Assembly: GCA_000996205.1 (NCBI GenBank)
Contig: LBYO01000005.1
Location: forward strand, 1,728-65,727
Direction: 5' to 3'
DNA from: Parcubacteria group bacterium GW2011_GWA1_40_21
GTDB taxonomy: Bacteria; Patescibacteriota; Minisyncoccia; Phycocordibacterales; GWA1-40-21
DNA: 64,000 bases
How positions within the stretch are numbered: position 1 is the stretch's first letter; each line of letters starts with the position of its first letter. The notes below the pieces were generated by a model. The model was not told the origin of the DNA. It worked only from the letters and a program-made list of their open reading frames with translations, and searched no databases. The translations under genes and the position numbers were made by a program. Of the stretch, positions 38,376-49,293 are shown piece after piece.

Positions 38376-40286
38376 ATGTCAAAAATAATTGGAATTGATC
38401 TTGGAACAACAAACTCAGCGGTGGCGATAATGGAAGGAGGCGAGCCGAAAATAATAGAGAACATTGAAGGGGCTAGAACTACGCCTTCTATCGTGGCTGT
38501 CTCTAAAACAGGAGAAAGGCTTGTTGGACTTTTGGCTAAACGACAGGCTGTAACGAATCCGAAAAATACTATTTTCGGCATAAAGCGATTCATAGGACAC
38601 ACATTTGACGACCCGGCTGTGCAGAAAGACAGAGCCGCCGTGCCTTACGATGTTCACAAGTCTGAGAATGGCGGGGTGGAGGTAAAAATGGGGGACAAGA
38701 ATAACAGACCGGAAGAAATCTCGGCGATGATTCTCCAGAAAATTAAAAGCGATGTTGAGGCGAAGCTCGGCGAGAAAATCACGGAGGCGATTATCACTGT
38801 TCCGGCGTATTTCAACGACTCTCAACGGCAAGCGACCAAAGATGCCGGAAAGATTGCCGGACTGGATGTCAAAAGAATAATAAACGAACCGACAGCCGCC
38901 GCTCTCGCTTACGGATTCAATAAAAAGAAAAATGAAAAGATTGTCGTTTTTGACTTCGGCGGGGGGACTTTTGACATCTCTGTCTTGGAGGTAGGCGATG
39001 ATGTGGTGGAAGTGAAGTCAACGGACGGCGACAGTCATTTGGGCGGAAAAGACATTGACCAGAAAATAATCAATTGGCTTGCTGATGAATTCAAAAAAGA
39101 AAACGGCATAGATTTGAGAAAAGACACTTTGGCGCTTCAAAGACTGGACGAATCGGCGGAAAAAGCCAAGATAGAGCTTTCTACCGCGCTTGAATCGGAA
39201 ATAAACATACCGTTCATAACTTCAGATGCCACAGGCCCTAAGCATTTGCTTGTTAAGATGAATAGGGCGAAACTTGAATCATTGACGCAGGAATTCATTG
39301 ACCGAGCGATGGAGATTGCAAAGCGCGCCATGTCCGCCTCTCCTTTCAAAATCAATGAAATCCACGAGGTAATTCTTGTCGGCGGACAGACTAGAATGCC
39401 GGCGATAGTCAAAGCCGTTAAAGATTATTTCGGCAAGGAGCCTAACAAGACCATCAACCCCGATGAAGTCGTGGCACTCGGCGCGGCTATCCAAGGAGGG
39501 ATTATCAAGGGGGATGTGAAAGACATTCTTTTGCTTGATGTCATTCCTCTTTCTCTCGGAATTGAGACTATGGGCGGAATCGCCACTAAGCTGATTGAAA
39601 AAAACACAACTATACCGACTTCAAGGTCTCAAATTTTCTCAACCGCCGCTGACAACCAGACTTCGGTTGAAATCAATATTGTCCAAGGCGAAAGATCAAT
39701 GGCTAAAGACAACAAAAACCTCGGCAGATTTATTCTTGACGGTATTCCGCCTTCTCCTCGCGGCATGCCGCAAGTTGAAGTTGTTTTTGATGTGGATGCC
39801 AATGGAATACTCAATGTGAAAGCTAAAGAAAAAACGAGCGGCAAAGAACAGTCCATAAGAATTGAGGCGCGATCCGGATTGTCCAAAGAAGATATTGAAA
39901 AAATGACTAAAGACGCCGAAACGCACAGCGATGAAGATAAGAAGAAAAGAGAGGAAATTGATGTGAAGAATACCGCCGAGCAGATGGTCTACACGGCGGA
40001 GAAATCCCTTAAGGATAACAAAGAAAAATTGCCAGCCGATTTGGTAAAGGAAATTGAAGATAAAATCGCTGAAATCAATAAAGCTAAAAATGAAACATCA
40101 ATTGATAATCTGAAAAAAGCGACTGAAGAATTGTCATCTTCAATGCAAAAAATAGGGGAAACGATGGCGAAAAATCAACAGCAAGGCCAGCAAGCTGGCG
40201 GCACTCAAGGGGAAAATAAAACGGAGGGCGAAACAAAGGACGCGGAATTCAGAGAGGGAGGCGAAGAAGAACAGCCGAAGTCGTAA
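38376..40286 (+). CDS. dnaK: Chaperone DnaK
   Basis: [32 protein letters not shown]. Confidence 0.98.
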   Translation: MSKIIGIDLGTTNSAVAIMEGGEPKIIENIEGARTTPSIVAVSKTGERLVGLLAKRQAVTNPKNTIFGIKRFIGHTFDDPAVQKDRAAVPYDVHKSENGGVEVKMGDKNNRPEEISAMILQKIKSDVEAKLGEKITEAIITVPAYFNDSQRQATKDAGKIAGLDVKRIINEPTAAALAYGFNKKKNEKIVVFDFGGGTFDISVLEVGDDVVEVKSTDGDSHLGGKDIDQKIINWLADEFKKENGIDLRKDTLALQRLDESAEKAKIELSTALESEINIPFITSDATGPKHLLVKMNRAKLESLTQEFIDRAMEIAKRAMSASPFKINEIHEVILVGGQTRMPAIVKAVKDYFGKEPNKTINPDEVVALGAAIQGGIIKGDVKDILLLDVIPLSLGIETMGGIATKLIEKNTTIPTSRSQIFSTAADNQTSVEINIVQGERSMAKDNKNLGRFILDGIPPSPRGMPQVEVVFDVDANGILNVKAKEKTSGKEQSIRIEARSGLSKEDIEKMTKDAETHSDEDKKKREEIDVKNTAEQMVYTAEKSLKDNKEKLPADLVKEIEDKIAEINKAKNETSIDNLKKATEELSSSMQKIGETMAKNQQQGQQAGGTQGENKTEGETKDAEFREGGEEEQPKS

Positions 40287-40372
40287 AAGATTTTTGTTTA
40301 TCTTGAAAATTCGTTTGGCGGCAACTGGTATGGTATTGTGTTGCGAATTTTTTGCATTATAATAAAACCACT

Positions 40373-41443
40373 ATGAAAAAAGATTACTATGAAATTTTAG
40401 GAGTGGATAAAGGCGCGAACAGCGAAGAAATTAAAAAAGCTTTTCGCAAACTGGCGCACAAATACCATCCTGACAAAGGAGGCGGTGATTCTACTAAATT
40501 TAAAGAAGCGAGCGAAGCTTACAGTATTTTGTCTGATGAAAAGAAAAGGGCCGAATATGACACTTACGGAAAAAGTGGGAATAACAGTGGCGGGTACCAA
40601 GGCGGACAAGGCGCCGGAGGCTTCGGCGATTTTGATTTCTCCGGTTTTGCCGGACAGGCGGAGCAGGGAGGTTTTCAGGATTTTGACCTCGGAGATATTT
40701 TCGGCGATCTTTTTGGCGGAGGCAGGAAAGAAAGAGTGAAGAGAGGCAGGGATATCTCAATTGACTTAGCTATTTTATTTTCTGAATCAATCTTCGGCGC
40801 GGAGAGAAAAATCCTTATAACAAAAACTTCAGTTTGCAGCGAATGTAAAGGAAGCGGAGCGAAAGTCGGCTCGGATACAGTCACTTGCGATATTTGCAAC
40901 GGCAAAGGCAGAATTCACGAAACCAAACGGTCAATCTTCGGAACATTCAGCACCCAAAAAGAGTGCGCGAATTGCCATGGCACAGGCAAAATCCCTCGCG
41001 AGAAATGCCATAAATGCCGAGGCGCCGGTGTTCTGAGAAGTGAAGATGAAATCGTTGTTAAGATTCCGTCAGGGGTTGATAACGGAGAGATGGTCCGGCT
41101 TGGCGGAGCGGGAGAAGCGGTGCGGGGTGGTACGGCGGGCGACCTCTACATAAAGCTTCATGTAGAGAAACACCCTATTTTTAGAAAAGAAGGAAGCAAT
41201 CTTTTGATGGATCTCAATGTCAAGCTGACAGAAGCCATCTTGGGAAGCGAGGTTAAAATAAAAACTCTTGACGGTGACCTTATTGTGAAAATTCCGGAAG
41301 GTGTATCTCACGGCGAAGTATTGAGAATCCGTAGCAAAGGCGTACCGACAGGAAGACACAGCCGAGGCGACATTATGATAAAAATAAATATCCAAATTCC
41401 GACAAAGCTTTCAAAAACGGCAAAAAAAATAGTGGAGGAGTAG
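40373..41443 (+). CDS. dnaJ: Chaperone DnaJ (C-terminus shortened by 11-bp duplication)
   Basis: J-domain HPD, G/F region, four CxxCxGxG repeats. Confidence 0.95.
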   Translation: MKKDYYEILGVDKGANSEEIKKAFRKLAHKYHPDKGGGDSTKFKEASEAYSILSDEKKRAEYDTYGKSGNNSGGYQGGQGAGGFGDFDFSGFAGQAEQGGFQDFDLGDIFGDLFGGGRKERVKRGRDISIDLAILFSESIFGAERKILITKTSVCSECKGSGAKVGSDTVTCDICNGKGRIHETKRSIFGTFSTQKECANCHGTGKIPREKCHKCRGAGVLRSEDEIVVKIPSGVDNGEMVRLGGAGEAVRGGTAGDLYIKLHVEKHPIFRKEGSNLLMDLNVKLTEAILGSEVKIKTLDGDLIVKIPEGVSHGEVLRIRSKGVPTGRHSRGDIMIKINIQIPTKLSKTAKKIVEE

Positions 41444-41546
41444 TGGAGGAGTTGAAGAAGGAGGGAGTGTAACCCGCCTTCGCTGGAAAATTTTGAAAGC
41501 CTCCGCCGACACCAAGGCTTTTGCGGGCAAGTCGGCGAGACGAAGA

Positions 41547-41619
41547 AAACCGTGAAAATGAGCACTTTTTAAGCAGTTTTTCACGGTTATGTTGACAAAA
41601 CAGTGAAAATTACTATACT
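41547..41619 (+). promoter_or_regulatory. fic promoter with repeated GTGAAAA boxes
   Basis: TTGACA(41592)-16 bp-TATACT(41614); ACCGTGAAAA..TTTTCACGGT inverted repeat and a third box in the spacer. Confidence 0.6.
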
Positions 41620-41627
41620 TAAAATAT

Positions 41628-42518
41628 ATGGCAAAGACACTCGCGGCATTCAACAAAATTAATACATTAAGGGAAAGATACTATAAAGCATCTACCGGCA
41701 AGGATGCTCTTATTAAGCTCATTAGCGAAGCGGAAGTTGCCGAACAGGTATACAACTCAAATGCTATTGAAAATAGCACGCTTACTCTCGAAGAGACCGA
41801 AAAAATACTTCTCCAAATTGACTTGGATAGGTTTATTAGCGAGCGGGAAATATTTGAAGCGAAGAATTTAGCGCGCGTAACATCGTATATAGATAAACGA
41901 GCAAAAGAACAAGAACTGAACCTTGATGTAATTTTATCACTTCATAAAATGCTTATTTCAAGTATTCGTGATGATATTGCCGGTAGATTTAGAAAGACCG
42001 GGGAATATGTGCGGGTTGGAAGTCATATTGCTCCAAAATCGGAAGAAGTAATACCGCGACTGGAGAAAATTCTTGCGGAGTATAACGCAAGCAGTCACGA
42101 AAACATTATAAAACGTATTGCTAAACTGCATCTTGCATTTGAGCACACACATCCTTTCTGTGACGGAAATGGCCGTATTGGGCGCGCACTGAATAATTAT
42201 TTACTTATACGAGATGGATATGTGCCAATAAATATAAAATTCATTGATAGAGAAAAGTATTACGACGCATTTAAGGAATTTGATGAGAAAGACAAAACTG
42301 AAATTATGGAAGAGATTGTCGCAAAGTCGCTTACAAATAGTTATCACAAAAGATTAGCGTATTTAGAAGGCAAGAAAATCATGACACTTGTCGATTATGC
42401 GAAAGAAAATAAGTTATCACATTCTAATTTGATAAATAAGGCGACACGCCAAACCATTGAAGCCTTCCTGGAAAAAAATGTTTGGAAAATTGGCATCGAC
42501 AATCACAAAGAAAAATAA
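41628..42518 (+). CDS. Fic family protein
   Basis: SNAIENSTL and HPFCDGNGRIGR. Confidence 0.93.
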   Translation: MAKTLAAFNKINTLRERYYKASTGKDALIKLISEAEVAEQVYNSNAIENSTLTLEETEKILLQIDLDRFISEREIFEAKNLARVTSYIDKRAKEQELNLDVILSLHKMLISSIRDDIAGRFRKTGEYVRVGSHIAPKSEEVIPRLEKILAEYNASSHENIIKRIAKLHLAFEHTHPFCDGNGRIGRALNNYLLIRDGYVPINIKFIDREKYYDAFKEFDEKDKTEIMEEIVAKSLTNSYHKRLAYLEGKKIMTLVDYAKENKLSHSNLINKATRQTIEAFLEKNVWKIGIDNHKEK

Positions 42519-42520
42519 TT

Positions 42521-43660
42521 ATGGCAAACAGTAATCTTACAAACGCAAAAAGAGCAAAGAATGACGAGTTTTATACTCAGTTCGGCGATATTCAAAAAGA
42601 GATTGAAGCGTATTTGGAATACAACCCCAATGTATTTCGTGGCAAGGTTGTGTATTGCAATTGCGACGATCCGTTTGAGAGTAATTTTTTTCGCTATTTT
42701 GTGCTCAATTTCAACAAACTTGGATTGAAACAGCTTATCACCACGAGCTATAAGCCCTCGCCTGTCGCCAACACGCAACTGGGATTGTTTGGCGATGATA
42801 AAACTCTCACAAAATCAAAAAGCCTGCCTGCCGGTAGGCAGGGCCGTCCTAAGGTAAACGCCAACAAATTTATTGTGAGCGATGTGCGCGACATAGACGG
42901 CGACGGCGAGTTCAACTTAAGGGATGTCGCCAAGCAGTTAAGGGCAAACAAACACAACGAATGGACGCCACTTGAAGGCGACGGCGACTTCCGTAGCGAT
43001 GAATGTATAAATTTGCTAAAACAATTCGACATCGTCGTAACAAATCCGCCGTTCAGTCTATTCCGCGAATATGTTAAGCAACTTTTTGATAATAACAAGA
43101 AGTTTGTGATTATCGGTAATATGAACGCTATTACTTATAAAGAAATATTTCCCTTGATAAAGGAAAATAAAATGTGGCTTGGTAATGGCTTTCACGCTGG
43201 CAATGCTTATTTTTCCACCCCTCTAGCTAAAGAATACGGGGAGGGAGTTTATATGCCAGAAACCGGTTTAGTAAAATTTAGAAATATTTGTTGGTTTACT
43301 AACTTAGACCATGGGCGCCGTCATCAACCATTACCGCTTATGACAATGAAAGAAAATTTGAAATACAGCAAACACAAAGAAATTAAGGGCAAAAAGTCGT
43401 ATGATAAATATGACAATTACGATGCCATAGAAGTTTCATTTACTGATGCAATTCCAAGTGATTATGATGGTGTAATGGGCGTGCCGATTAGTTTTTTGGA
43501 TAAATACAATCCTGATCAGTTTGAGATTATTGGAATGGCAGAAGATAACGGCAAGGGTTTTTCGGGTGGAATTTGGGACGGCAAAAATCCGCATTGTGTC
43601 ATAAATGGAGAGAATAAATTTAAGAGAATTTTTATTAAGCATAAGAAAGTTGGGGAATAA
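42521..43660 (+). CDS. Adenine-specific methyltransferase, EcoRI family
   Basis: KNDEFYT, YCNCDDP, GDFRS, VTNPPFSLFREY, GVPISFLDKYNP. Confidence 0.92.
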   Translation: MANSNLTNAKRAKNDEFYTQFGDIQKEIEAYLEYNPNVFRGKVVYCNCDDPFESNFFRYFVLNFNKLGLKQLITTSYKPSPVANTQLGLFGDDKTLTKSKSLPAGRQGRPKVNANKFIVSDVRDIDGDGEFNLRDVAKQLRANKHNEWTPLEGDGDFRSDECINLLKQFDIVVTNPPFSLFREYVKQLFDNNKKFVIIGNMNAITYKEIFPLIKENKMWLGNGFHAGNAYFSTPLAKEYGEGVYMPETGLVKFRNICWFTNLDHGRRHQPLPLMTMKENLKYSKHKEIKGKKSYDKYDNYDAIEVSFTDAIPSDYDGVMGVPISFLDKYNPDQFEIIGMAEDNGKGFSGGIWDGKNPHCVINGENKFKRIFIKHKKVGE

Positions 43661-43670
43661 AAATGAATTT

Positions 43671-44390
43671 ATGCAAAAAGAAATTAAAAAATATATTAAA
43701 TATATTGAAAAAAACTTATTATATATAAGTTTAATAATTTTATTTATCCTACTTTTTTCATATGTATTTTCTAGTTGTTTTAGATTTGTTCTATATTTCT
43801 TAAATATTGAACCCAATTTTCTAGTTGTTTTTATTACTGCGATTACTTTAATATTTTCGGCTATAGAGAATAAAAAAGAAAGAAAATATAATTTTAATTT
43901 AAATTTAAAAAACTCAGTAGAAGAAAAAGCAGCTATTGTTATAGGAAAATTATTTATAATGATGAATGATTCTCAAAATTATTTACAGACAATAAAGGAT
44001 ATAAAAAATGCAATAGAAAAAAATAAAAAGTTTGTTGATATGAATAATGTTTTATCCTTAGATCTTCTTAAAAAAGACAGAGAACTTGTTGGATCATATA
44101 TAGTAATTTATTTTTCTCAGTATATTCAAAATGATTGGAATTTAATGGTGGATAAAATTAATAAAATTGGAACAAATTGTTCAATGGCAATGACTAATTA
44201 TAACGAAAATTATAATCTTATTAATACGGCTGGTTTTGAAAATGAAACATTGTCTAATATAGATAATACGATAAAAGAATCAGAAATTTTAAATGAAGAG
44301 ATTTATGAATTAACAGAAAAAATGAAAAATACATTATTATCTATTATTGTAGAAAATAATAATAAAATGAAAGAAAAATATATAAATTAA
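43671..44390 (+). CDS. AT-rich hypothetical membrane protein
   Basis: Two N-terminal TM segments; visibly more AT-rich than neighbours. Confidence 0.65.
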   Translation: MQKEIKKYIKYIEKNLLYISLIILFILLFSYVFSSCFRFVLYFLNIEPNFLVVFITAITLIFSAIENKKERKYNFNLNLKNSVEEKAAIVIGKLFIMMNDSQNYLQTIKDIKNAIEKNKKFVDMNNVLSLDLLKKDRELVGSYIVIYFSQYIQNDWNLMVDKINKIGTNCSMAMTNYNENYNLINTAGFENETLSNIDNTIKESEILNEEIYELTEKMKNTLLSIIVENNNKMKEKYIN

Positions 44391-44396
44391 AATAGT

Positions 44397-45401
44397 ATGA
44401 CAAATATCAATAATTCCGGTGAGATAATTATTTATGAAGGCGCGGATGGGGCGACTAGGATTGAGGTGCGTGTTGAGGGTGAGACCGTTTGGCTTACTAT
44501 TGATCAAATATCGAAACTTTTCAATAAGAGCCGTTCTACGGTTAACGAGCATATTTTGAATATTTATGCCGAAAAAGAGCTAAATGAAGCTGAGTCTGTG
44601 AGAAAAATCGGAAATTCCGATTTTTCTACCAAACCGACCAATTTTTATAATTTGGATGTTATTATTTCCGTCGGTTATCGCGTGAAATCCATACAGGGCA
44701 CAAAGTTCCGTCAATGGGCGACTGCCAGAATCAGTGAATACCTTATTCAAGGATTCACTATGAATGATGAATTTTTGAAAAACAATGGTGGCGGCTTATA
44801 TTGGAAGAAACTCTTGTCTCGCATTCGTGATATTCGATCTAGCGAAAAGATGTTGTATCGGCAAGTTTTAGATCTCTATGCCACAAGCGCGGATTATAAT
44901 CCAAAATCTTTACATTCAATTAAGTTTTTCAAAATTGTGCAAAACAAATTGCACTATGCTGCGCATAAAGAAACGGCAGCAGAAGTTATTTACAATCGCG
45001 CTAATAGCGATAAAGAATTTATGGGTTTGACGGTTTTTGAGGGAGATTTACCTGTGTTAGAAGAAGTGAGAATTGCTAAAAATTATTTGTCCGCGCGAGA
45101 GCTAGAAAAATTAAACAGGCTTGTCTCGGCATATTTTGAGTTGGCAGAATTGCGCGCTATGGATCAGCAAATAATGCATATGGCAGATCATATTGCATCT
45201 TTAGATAAATTACTTTTTGATTACGGCGAAGGAGTTTTAACTGACGCTGGAAAAGTAACACATAAAAAAGCCATAGAAAAAGCAGAAAATGAGTATAAAA
45301 AATTTCAAGCTAAAACACTCTCTCCTGTTGAAAAATCATATTTGGAAAATATTAAGTTATTAGAGAAAAAAGTAGAGAAAAAAATAAAAGATAAAAATTA
45401 A
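44397..45401 (+). CDS. RhuM-family protein
   Basis: [46 protein letters not shown]. Confidence 0.9.
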   Translation: MTNINNSGEIIIYEGADGATRIEVRVEGETVWLTIDQISKLFNKSRSTVNEHILNIYAEKELNEAESVRKIGNSDFSTKPTNFYNLDVIISVGYRVKSIQGTKFRQWATARISEYLIQGFTMNDEFLKNNGGGLYWKKLLSRIRDIRSSEKMLYRQVLDLYATSADYNPKSLHSIKFFKIVQNKLHYAAHKETAAEVIYNRANSDKEFMGLTVFEGDLPVLEEVRIAKNYLSARELEKLNRLVSAYFELAELRAMDQQIMHMADHIASLDKLLFDYGEGVLTDAGKVTHKKAIEKAENEYKKFQAKTLSPVEKSYLENIKLLEKKVEKKIKDKN

Positions 45402-45415
45402 TTAAAAATAAAATT

Positions 45416-46585
45416 ATGAAAACAATTTTAAAAACCGGCATCACTGTCAAAGATATTTGTGAAGGGTTCGTCTATAACGAACTGGAGGGCAAGGGGCTAT
45501 TTGGTTTGTCTGGCAAGCTCACCATTCAGCCGGAGTATCAGCGCAACTATATCTATGCCTCCGACGGCGGGAAAAGAGAGATGGCTGTTATTGAATCAAT
45601 ACTCAAAGGTTACCCAATAGGCTTGATCTATTTTAATAAGGTTTCTGAAAACAATCTGGAGGTCTTGGACGGGCAACAACGGATCACCAGTGTTGGACGT
45701 TTTGTGACTGACAAATTTGCTATCAAAGACGAAAACGGCATGGAGCAATATTTTGGCGGTATAGCAAAAGACAAGCAAGTCAAGATTTTGGAAACGAAAC
45801 TGCTCATTTATGAATGCGAAGGCACAGAAAGCCAGATAAAAGAGTGGTTTAGGACTATCAATATAGCTGGAGTTCCGCTCGTCCCACAGGAATTGTTAAA
45901 TGCGATCTATTCCGGACCATTTGTTACTCTAGGTAAAGAGGAGTTCAGCAACAGCCAAAATGCCAATATTCAAAAATGGAGCGCGTACATAAAGGGCAGC
46001 GCAAACCGACAGGCATTTTTTGAGAGAGCTTTAGACTGGGCGAGTAAGGGAGATATTGATGATTACATGAGTCTTCATCGCAACGACAAAAATATCAATG
46101 AGTTAAAAAATTATTTCAACAGTGTGATTGATTGGATCTCTAGTGTATTTACCGGTGTAGAAAGCGAGATGTGCGGACTTGAGTGGGGACGACTGTATGC
46201 GGAGTATCACAAGAAAGCTTATGATCCTGCTAAAGTGTCAGATGAGGTTAGTAAACTGTATGGCGATCCATATATCAAAAACCGCAAAGGTATCTTTGAA
46301 TTTATTCTAGGTGGTTCTGTTGATACAAGATTACTTGAGGTTAGATTTTTTGATGAAGCAACTAAAAAAGCGGTTTATACAACACAAACCGCTAAAGCAG
46401 AGAAAAAAGGTGAATCAAACTGTCCGCATTGTGCCATTGGACATGATGCCAACAAAGAAAAAATTTGGAGTCTAGGCGAAATGGATGCCGACCATGTAAC
46501 GGCTTGGAGCAAGGGCGGCACAACCTCGGCTAAAAATTGTGAGATGTTGTGCAAGACGCACAACCGAGCAAAAGGAAATCGGTAA
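45416..46585 (+). CDS. DUF262 (ParB-like/GmrS) + HNH endonuclease
   Basis: [22 protein letters not shown]; [29 protein letters not shown]. Confidence 0.9.
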   Translation: MKTILKTGITVKDICEGFVYNELEGKGLFGLSGKLTIQPEYQRNYIYASDGGKREMAVIESILKGYPIGLIYFNKVSENNLEVLDGQQRITSVGRFVTDKFAIKDENGMEQYFGGIAKDKQVKILETKLLIYECEGTESQIKEWFRTINIAGVPLVPQELLNAIYSGPFVTLGKEEFSNSQNANIQKWSAYIKGSANRQAFFERALDWASKGDIDDYMSLHRNDKNINELKNYFNSVIDWISSVFTGVESEMCGLEWGRLYAEYHKKAYDPAKVSDEVSKLYGDPYIKNRKGIFEFILGGSVDTRLLEVRFFDEATKKAVYTTQTAKAEKKGESNCPHCAIGHDANKEKIWSLGEMDADHVTAWSKGGTTSAKNCEMLCKTHNRAKGNR

Positions 46586-46610
46586 TAGAAAAAATAATCG
46601 TGGAAAATCT

Positions 46611-46991
46611 ATGAAATTGAATAAAAAACAGAGGGATATGCTGTGGGGAGATAGCGGACCATATTCTCAAGCGAATTTAATACGTCAGGTCCGCATTCTT
46701 GACGACAGGATAAGCCGGATATTCTTGGTGGTGGAAGTTGATATAAATCCCACGACTTTTGAAATGGTGCAAAAATTCAGGGATAATGACAAGTTTAAAA
46801 ATAACATTATTATCCAACAGTTATTGGATACCGCTGAATATCGCGGTCCTTCGTTCGGCTATGTTTCCGTGGCTTTTGAAAGGGAATATAAAGACGAGAT
46901 GGTGATGTGGAGCGCCGAAGCCGCGTTAAAATATTCGCAGGAGAATATAATTAAAATGCATAAGTTTGTTATGAATAAAATTCTTCAATAG
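46611..46991 (+). CDS. Hypothetical protein
   Basis: Open frame from ATG 46611 in operon context. Confidence 0.65.
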   Translation: MKLNKKQRDMLWGDSGPYSQANLIRQVRILDDRISRIFLVVEVDINPTTFEMVQKFRDNDKFKNNIIIQQLLDTAEYRGPSFGYVSVAFEREYKDEMVMWSAEAALKYSQENIIKMHKFVMNKILQ

Positions 46992-47007
46992 ATAAGTTCA
47001 AGAAAAA

Positions 47008-47391
47008 ATGAAAACAATTTTAGTGGATGCGATAAATACTTTCGTGATTAAAGGCGAGGGGATATTTGAAGATATGCGTGATTTGCTTGAGAAGTATCCC
47101 AACAAGAAAATAATTCTTACCAATGCCGACGATGAACAAATGCAGAAGAATGGTTTGGATAAAATGCCCTATGAAATTTTTACTCTTAAGCATAATCCGG
47201 AAAAAACTGATAAAGAGTATTATGAAAAAATGCTGGAGCATTTTGGTTTAAACAAAGATGATGTTTTGTATTTTGAACATAACGAAGATGCCGTAAAAAG
47301 CGCCCAGTTTGTCGGCATAAAGACATATCATTACGACAAAGACAAAAAAGATTTAAATGAGTTGAAGAAATTTCTGGCTGATAATCTTTAA
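47008..47391 (+). CDS. Small HAD-like protein
   Basis: ILVDAINT, ILTNA, PEK, LYFEHNEDAVKSA. Confidence 0.7.
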   Translation: MKTILVDAINTFVIKGEGIFEDMRDLLEKYPNKKIILTNADDEQMQKNGLDKMPYEIFTLKHNPEKTDKEYYEKMLEHFGLNKDDVLYFEHNEDAVKSAQFVGIKTYHYDKDKKDLNELKKFLADNL

Positions 47392-47629
47392 AATTTTGGA
47401 AAAGTTGATAAGTGGCCAGAAGAGATTAGTTGTGTATTTAAACATATCTCTAATTCGCGCGAATGGGCGAATAGTTGTATTTTAACCGCACGCCTATTTT
47501 GGCGAGATAATTGAAAAATAAATGGTGAACTTTGCTTTGACTAAATATTGCCGATGTACTAGTCTTTGTAAAGAATTTGTAATAATTTTTTCATTATAAT
47601 TGTCAACAATTTTAAGAAGGAGGTGAAAA

Positions 47630-47980
47630 ATGCCTAAAAAACTAACTAGGTTGACTAGAAGCAATTGGTGGTCTGAGCTTGGTAATTCAGGATTGTCCGA
47701 TGATCTTATCACATTACTTCGTTCAATCGTTTCTGATTATTTAAACGGGGCGATGGGCGTGAGGGCTCCAGATGCAAATTTTATAACAAACGAATTGCTG
47801 AAGAATCACCTAATGGAAGGTTTTATGGTAGATAATTGTTTTTTTGATGTTGTTGTGTTTGCACCCAAATCTAATAAGGGTAAAAGTAAAGTTAAGGGTG
47901 GAATGCGCCGCCATCGGAGCTTCTATAAGATCGTAGAAAGACACCCAGGGTACAATACGCTGACATTAAAGGATCTCTGA
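47630..47980 (+). CDS. Hypothetical protein
   Basis: Strong SD AAGGAGGTG; hairpin 47993-48033 follows. Confidence 0.6.
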   Translation: MPKKLTRLTRSNWWSELGNSGLSDDLITLLRSIVSDYLNGAMGVRAPDANFITNELLKNHLMEGFMVDNCFFDVVVFAPKSNKGKSKVKGGMRRHRSFYKIVERHPGYNTLTLKDL

Positions 47981-48044
47981 TCATGAAAGGATAAATGCCG
48001 CACCAATTGAATTGAATATTGGTGCGGCATTTCTTATTCAGTCA

Positions 48045-48245
48045 CTTTGAATTACGAAACCTTCGTTTTCCGTCATTGCGAGCCGGTACTCCGGCGTGGC
48101 AATCCAGAGTTTACCGCGCGCAATAATGGATTGCTTCGCTCCGCTCGCCCCTCCCCAGTTTTAAGTTTTGGAAATATCCAGAATCTAAAACTGGGGAGGG
48201 GCTCGCAAAGACAATGCGGCAATATGATAGTTTCGTAATTCAAAG
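48045..48245. mobile_element. MITE with 16-bp TIRs, 7-bp TSD and nested 52-bp hairpin (48149-48200)
   Basis: Same TIRs as 32919; TSD TCAGTCA (48038-44, 48246-52); insert flanked by GCTCGC duplication. Confidence 0.92.
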
Positions 48246-48353
48246 TCAGTCATTAAAATTTGATAACTGATTGCATCATGTTTAATATTAAAAACAAAAG
48301 CCACCCTTTAAAGATGGCTTTATAGGCACGGTAATTTTCTTCTTTCAAGAAGA

Positions 48354-48887
48354 TTAGGGAGAATAATAGGAAATATTATTTTCAATATTTCCTATTTTCT
48401 GATCAATAAACTCACGAGTGGCTTCATCCATTGAAAATAATGAGATGTGTTTGTATATAACCAAAGATTTCTCATAATTTCCAGTCTCATAATAGATATT
48501 GCCCAACAAGACGAGGAATCTAATGTAATTTACGGAATTCATATCTCGTATAGCCGACTGCAAACCTGAGAAAGCCATTTTTTCAGCAGTGAAAAATAAT
48601 TTAATTTCGTAAAAACAGTAAGTTAAATTTAAATGCGCCTCATCAGAATGCCACGAATGCAACGATTTGATATAACAAATTATGGCATTTTCATAATCAT
48701 GCTTGTTCTGCAAGATTTGTCCCATTTTAAATTCTTTTTCCGCTGTTAAAAATATACCCAAAGCCTCTTCGGTTGCGGATTTTATCGGATTGAATTTCGG
48801 AACTATGGCAAAAAGATTATGAGGAATAATAAGAAAAATCAAAACTATAAAAATAAGCCCACAAACAAAACTTTTTAAGTTTTTCAC
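48354..48887 (-). CDS. Secreted TPR protein
   Basis: Signal-like N-terminus; LGNIYYETGNYEKSL TPR motif. Confidence 0.65.
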   Translation of the reverse strand: MKNLKSFVCGLIFIVLIFLIIPHNLFAIVPKFNPIKSATEEALGIFLTAEKEFKMGQILQNKHDYENAIICYIKSLHSWHSDEAHLNLTYCFYEIKLFFTAEKMAFSGLQSAIRDMNSVNYIRFLVLLGNIYYETGNYEKSLVIYKHISLFSMDEATREFIDQKIGNIENNISYYSP

Positions 48888-48984
48888 GGTCTCTATCCTT
48901 TATTAAAATGTCAAAAGATCTAAAATTTATTATTTGATGATAGGATATTTAATGCAAAATATCAATAGAGCGACCCAGATTCAA

Positions 48985-49293
48985 GTTCGCAGAGCAGGAA
49001 TTTCTCCCTCGCCTCTAAATTTTTTCAGTCAAAAAATTTAGGACTGGGCACAGGCTCGTAAAATTTTCTGCTGAAAATTTTATACTCCGCCCTTCGAATC
49101 CTGCCCGTCCCGATGTTCATCGGGACTCTGGGCGGACAATTCCGCTTCGCTGCATTGTCCGCCCAGCAGTAATTTCTCGCCTACAGCGCGTGATTTTCTT
49201 GTTTCGCCGACTCAACATAGAAAATCCTTCGAATCCTGACGAGAGCCAAGCAGTTGGCTCTCTCTGAGCGGACAATTCCGCTTCGCTGCATTG
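48985..49293 (-). repeat. Two tRNA-Lys 3'-end-derived repeat units
   Basis: 49128-49169 matches 49264-49305 (1 mismatch); inverted TTCGAATCCTG at 49093 and 49228. Confidence 0.85.

Noticed and set aside
41441-41443. Stop-codon readthrough or recoding in dnaJ
   Set aside because: The missing residues are in a different frame and the duplication explains the stop; TGA/TAG terminate other genes normally, so no alternative code.
48047-48238. 63-aa ORF
   Set aside because: Coincides with the MITE; likely spurious.
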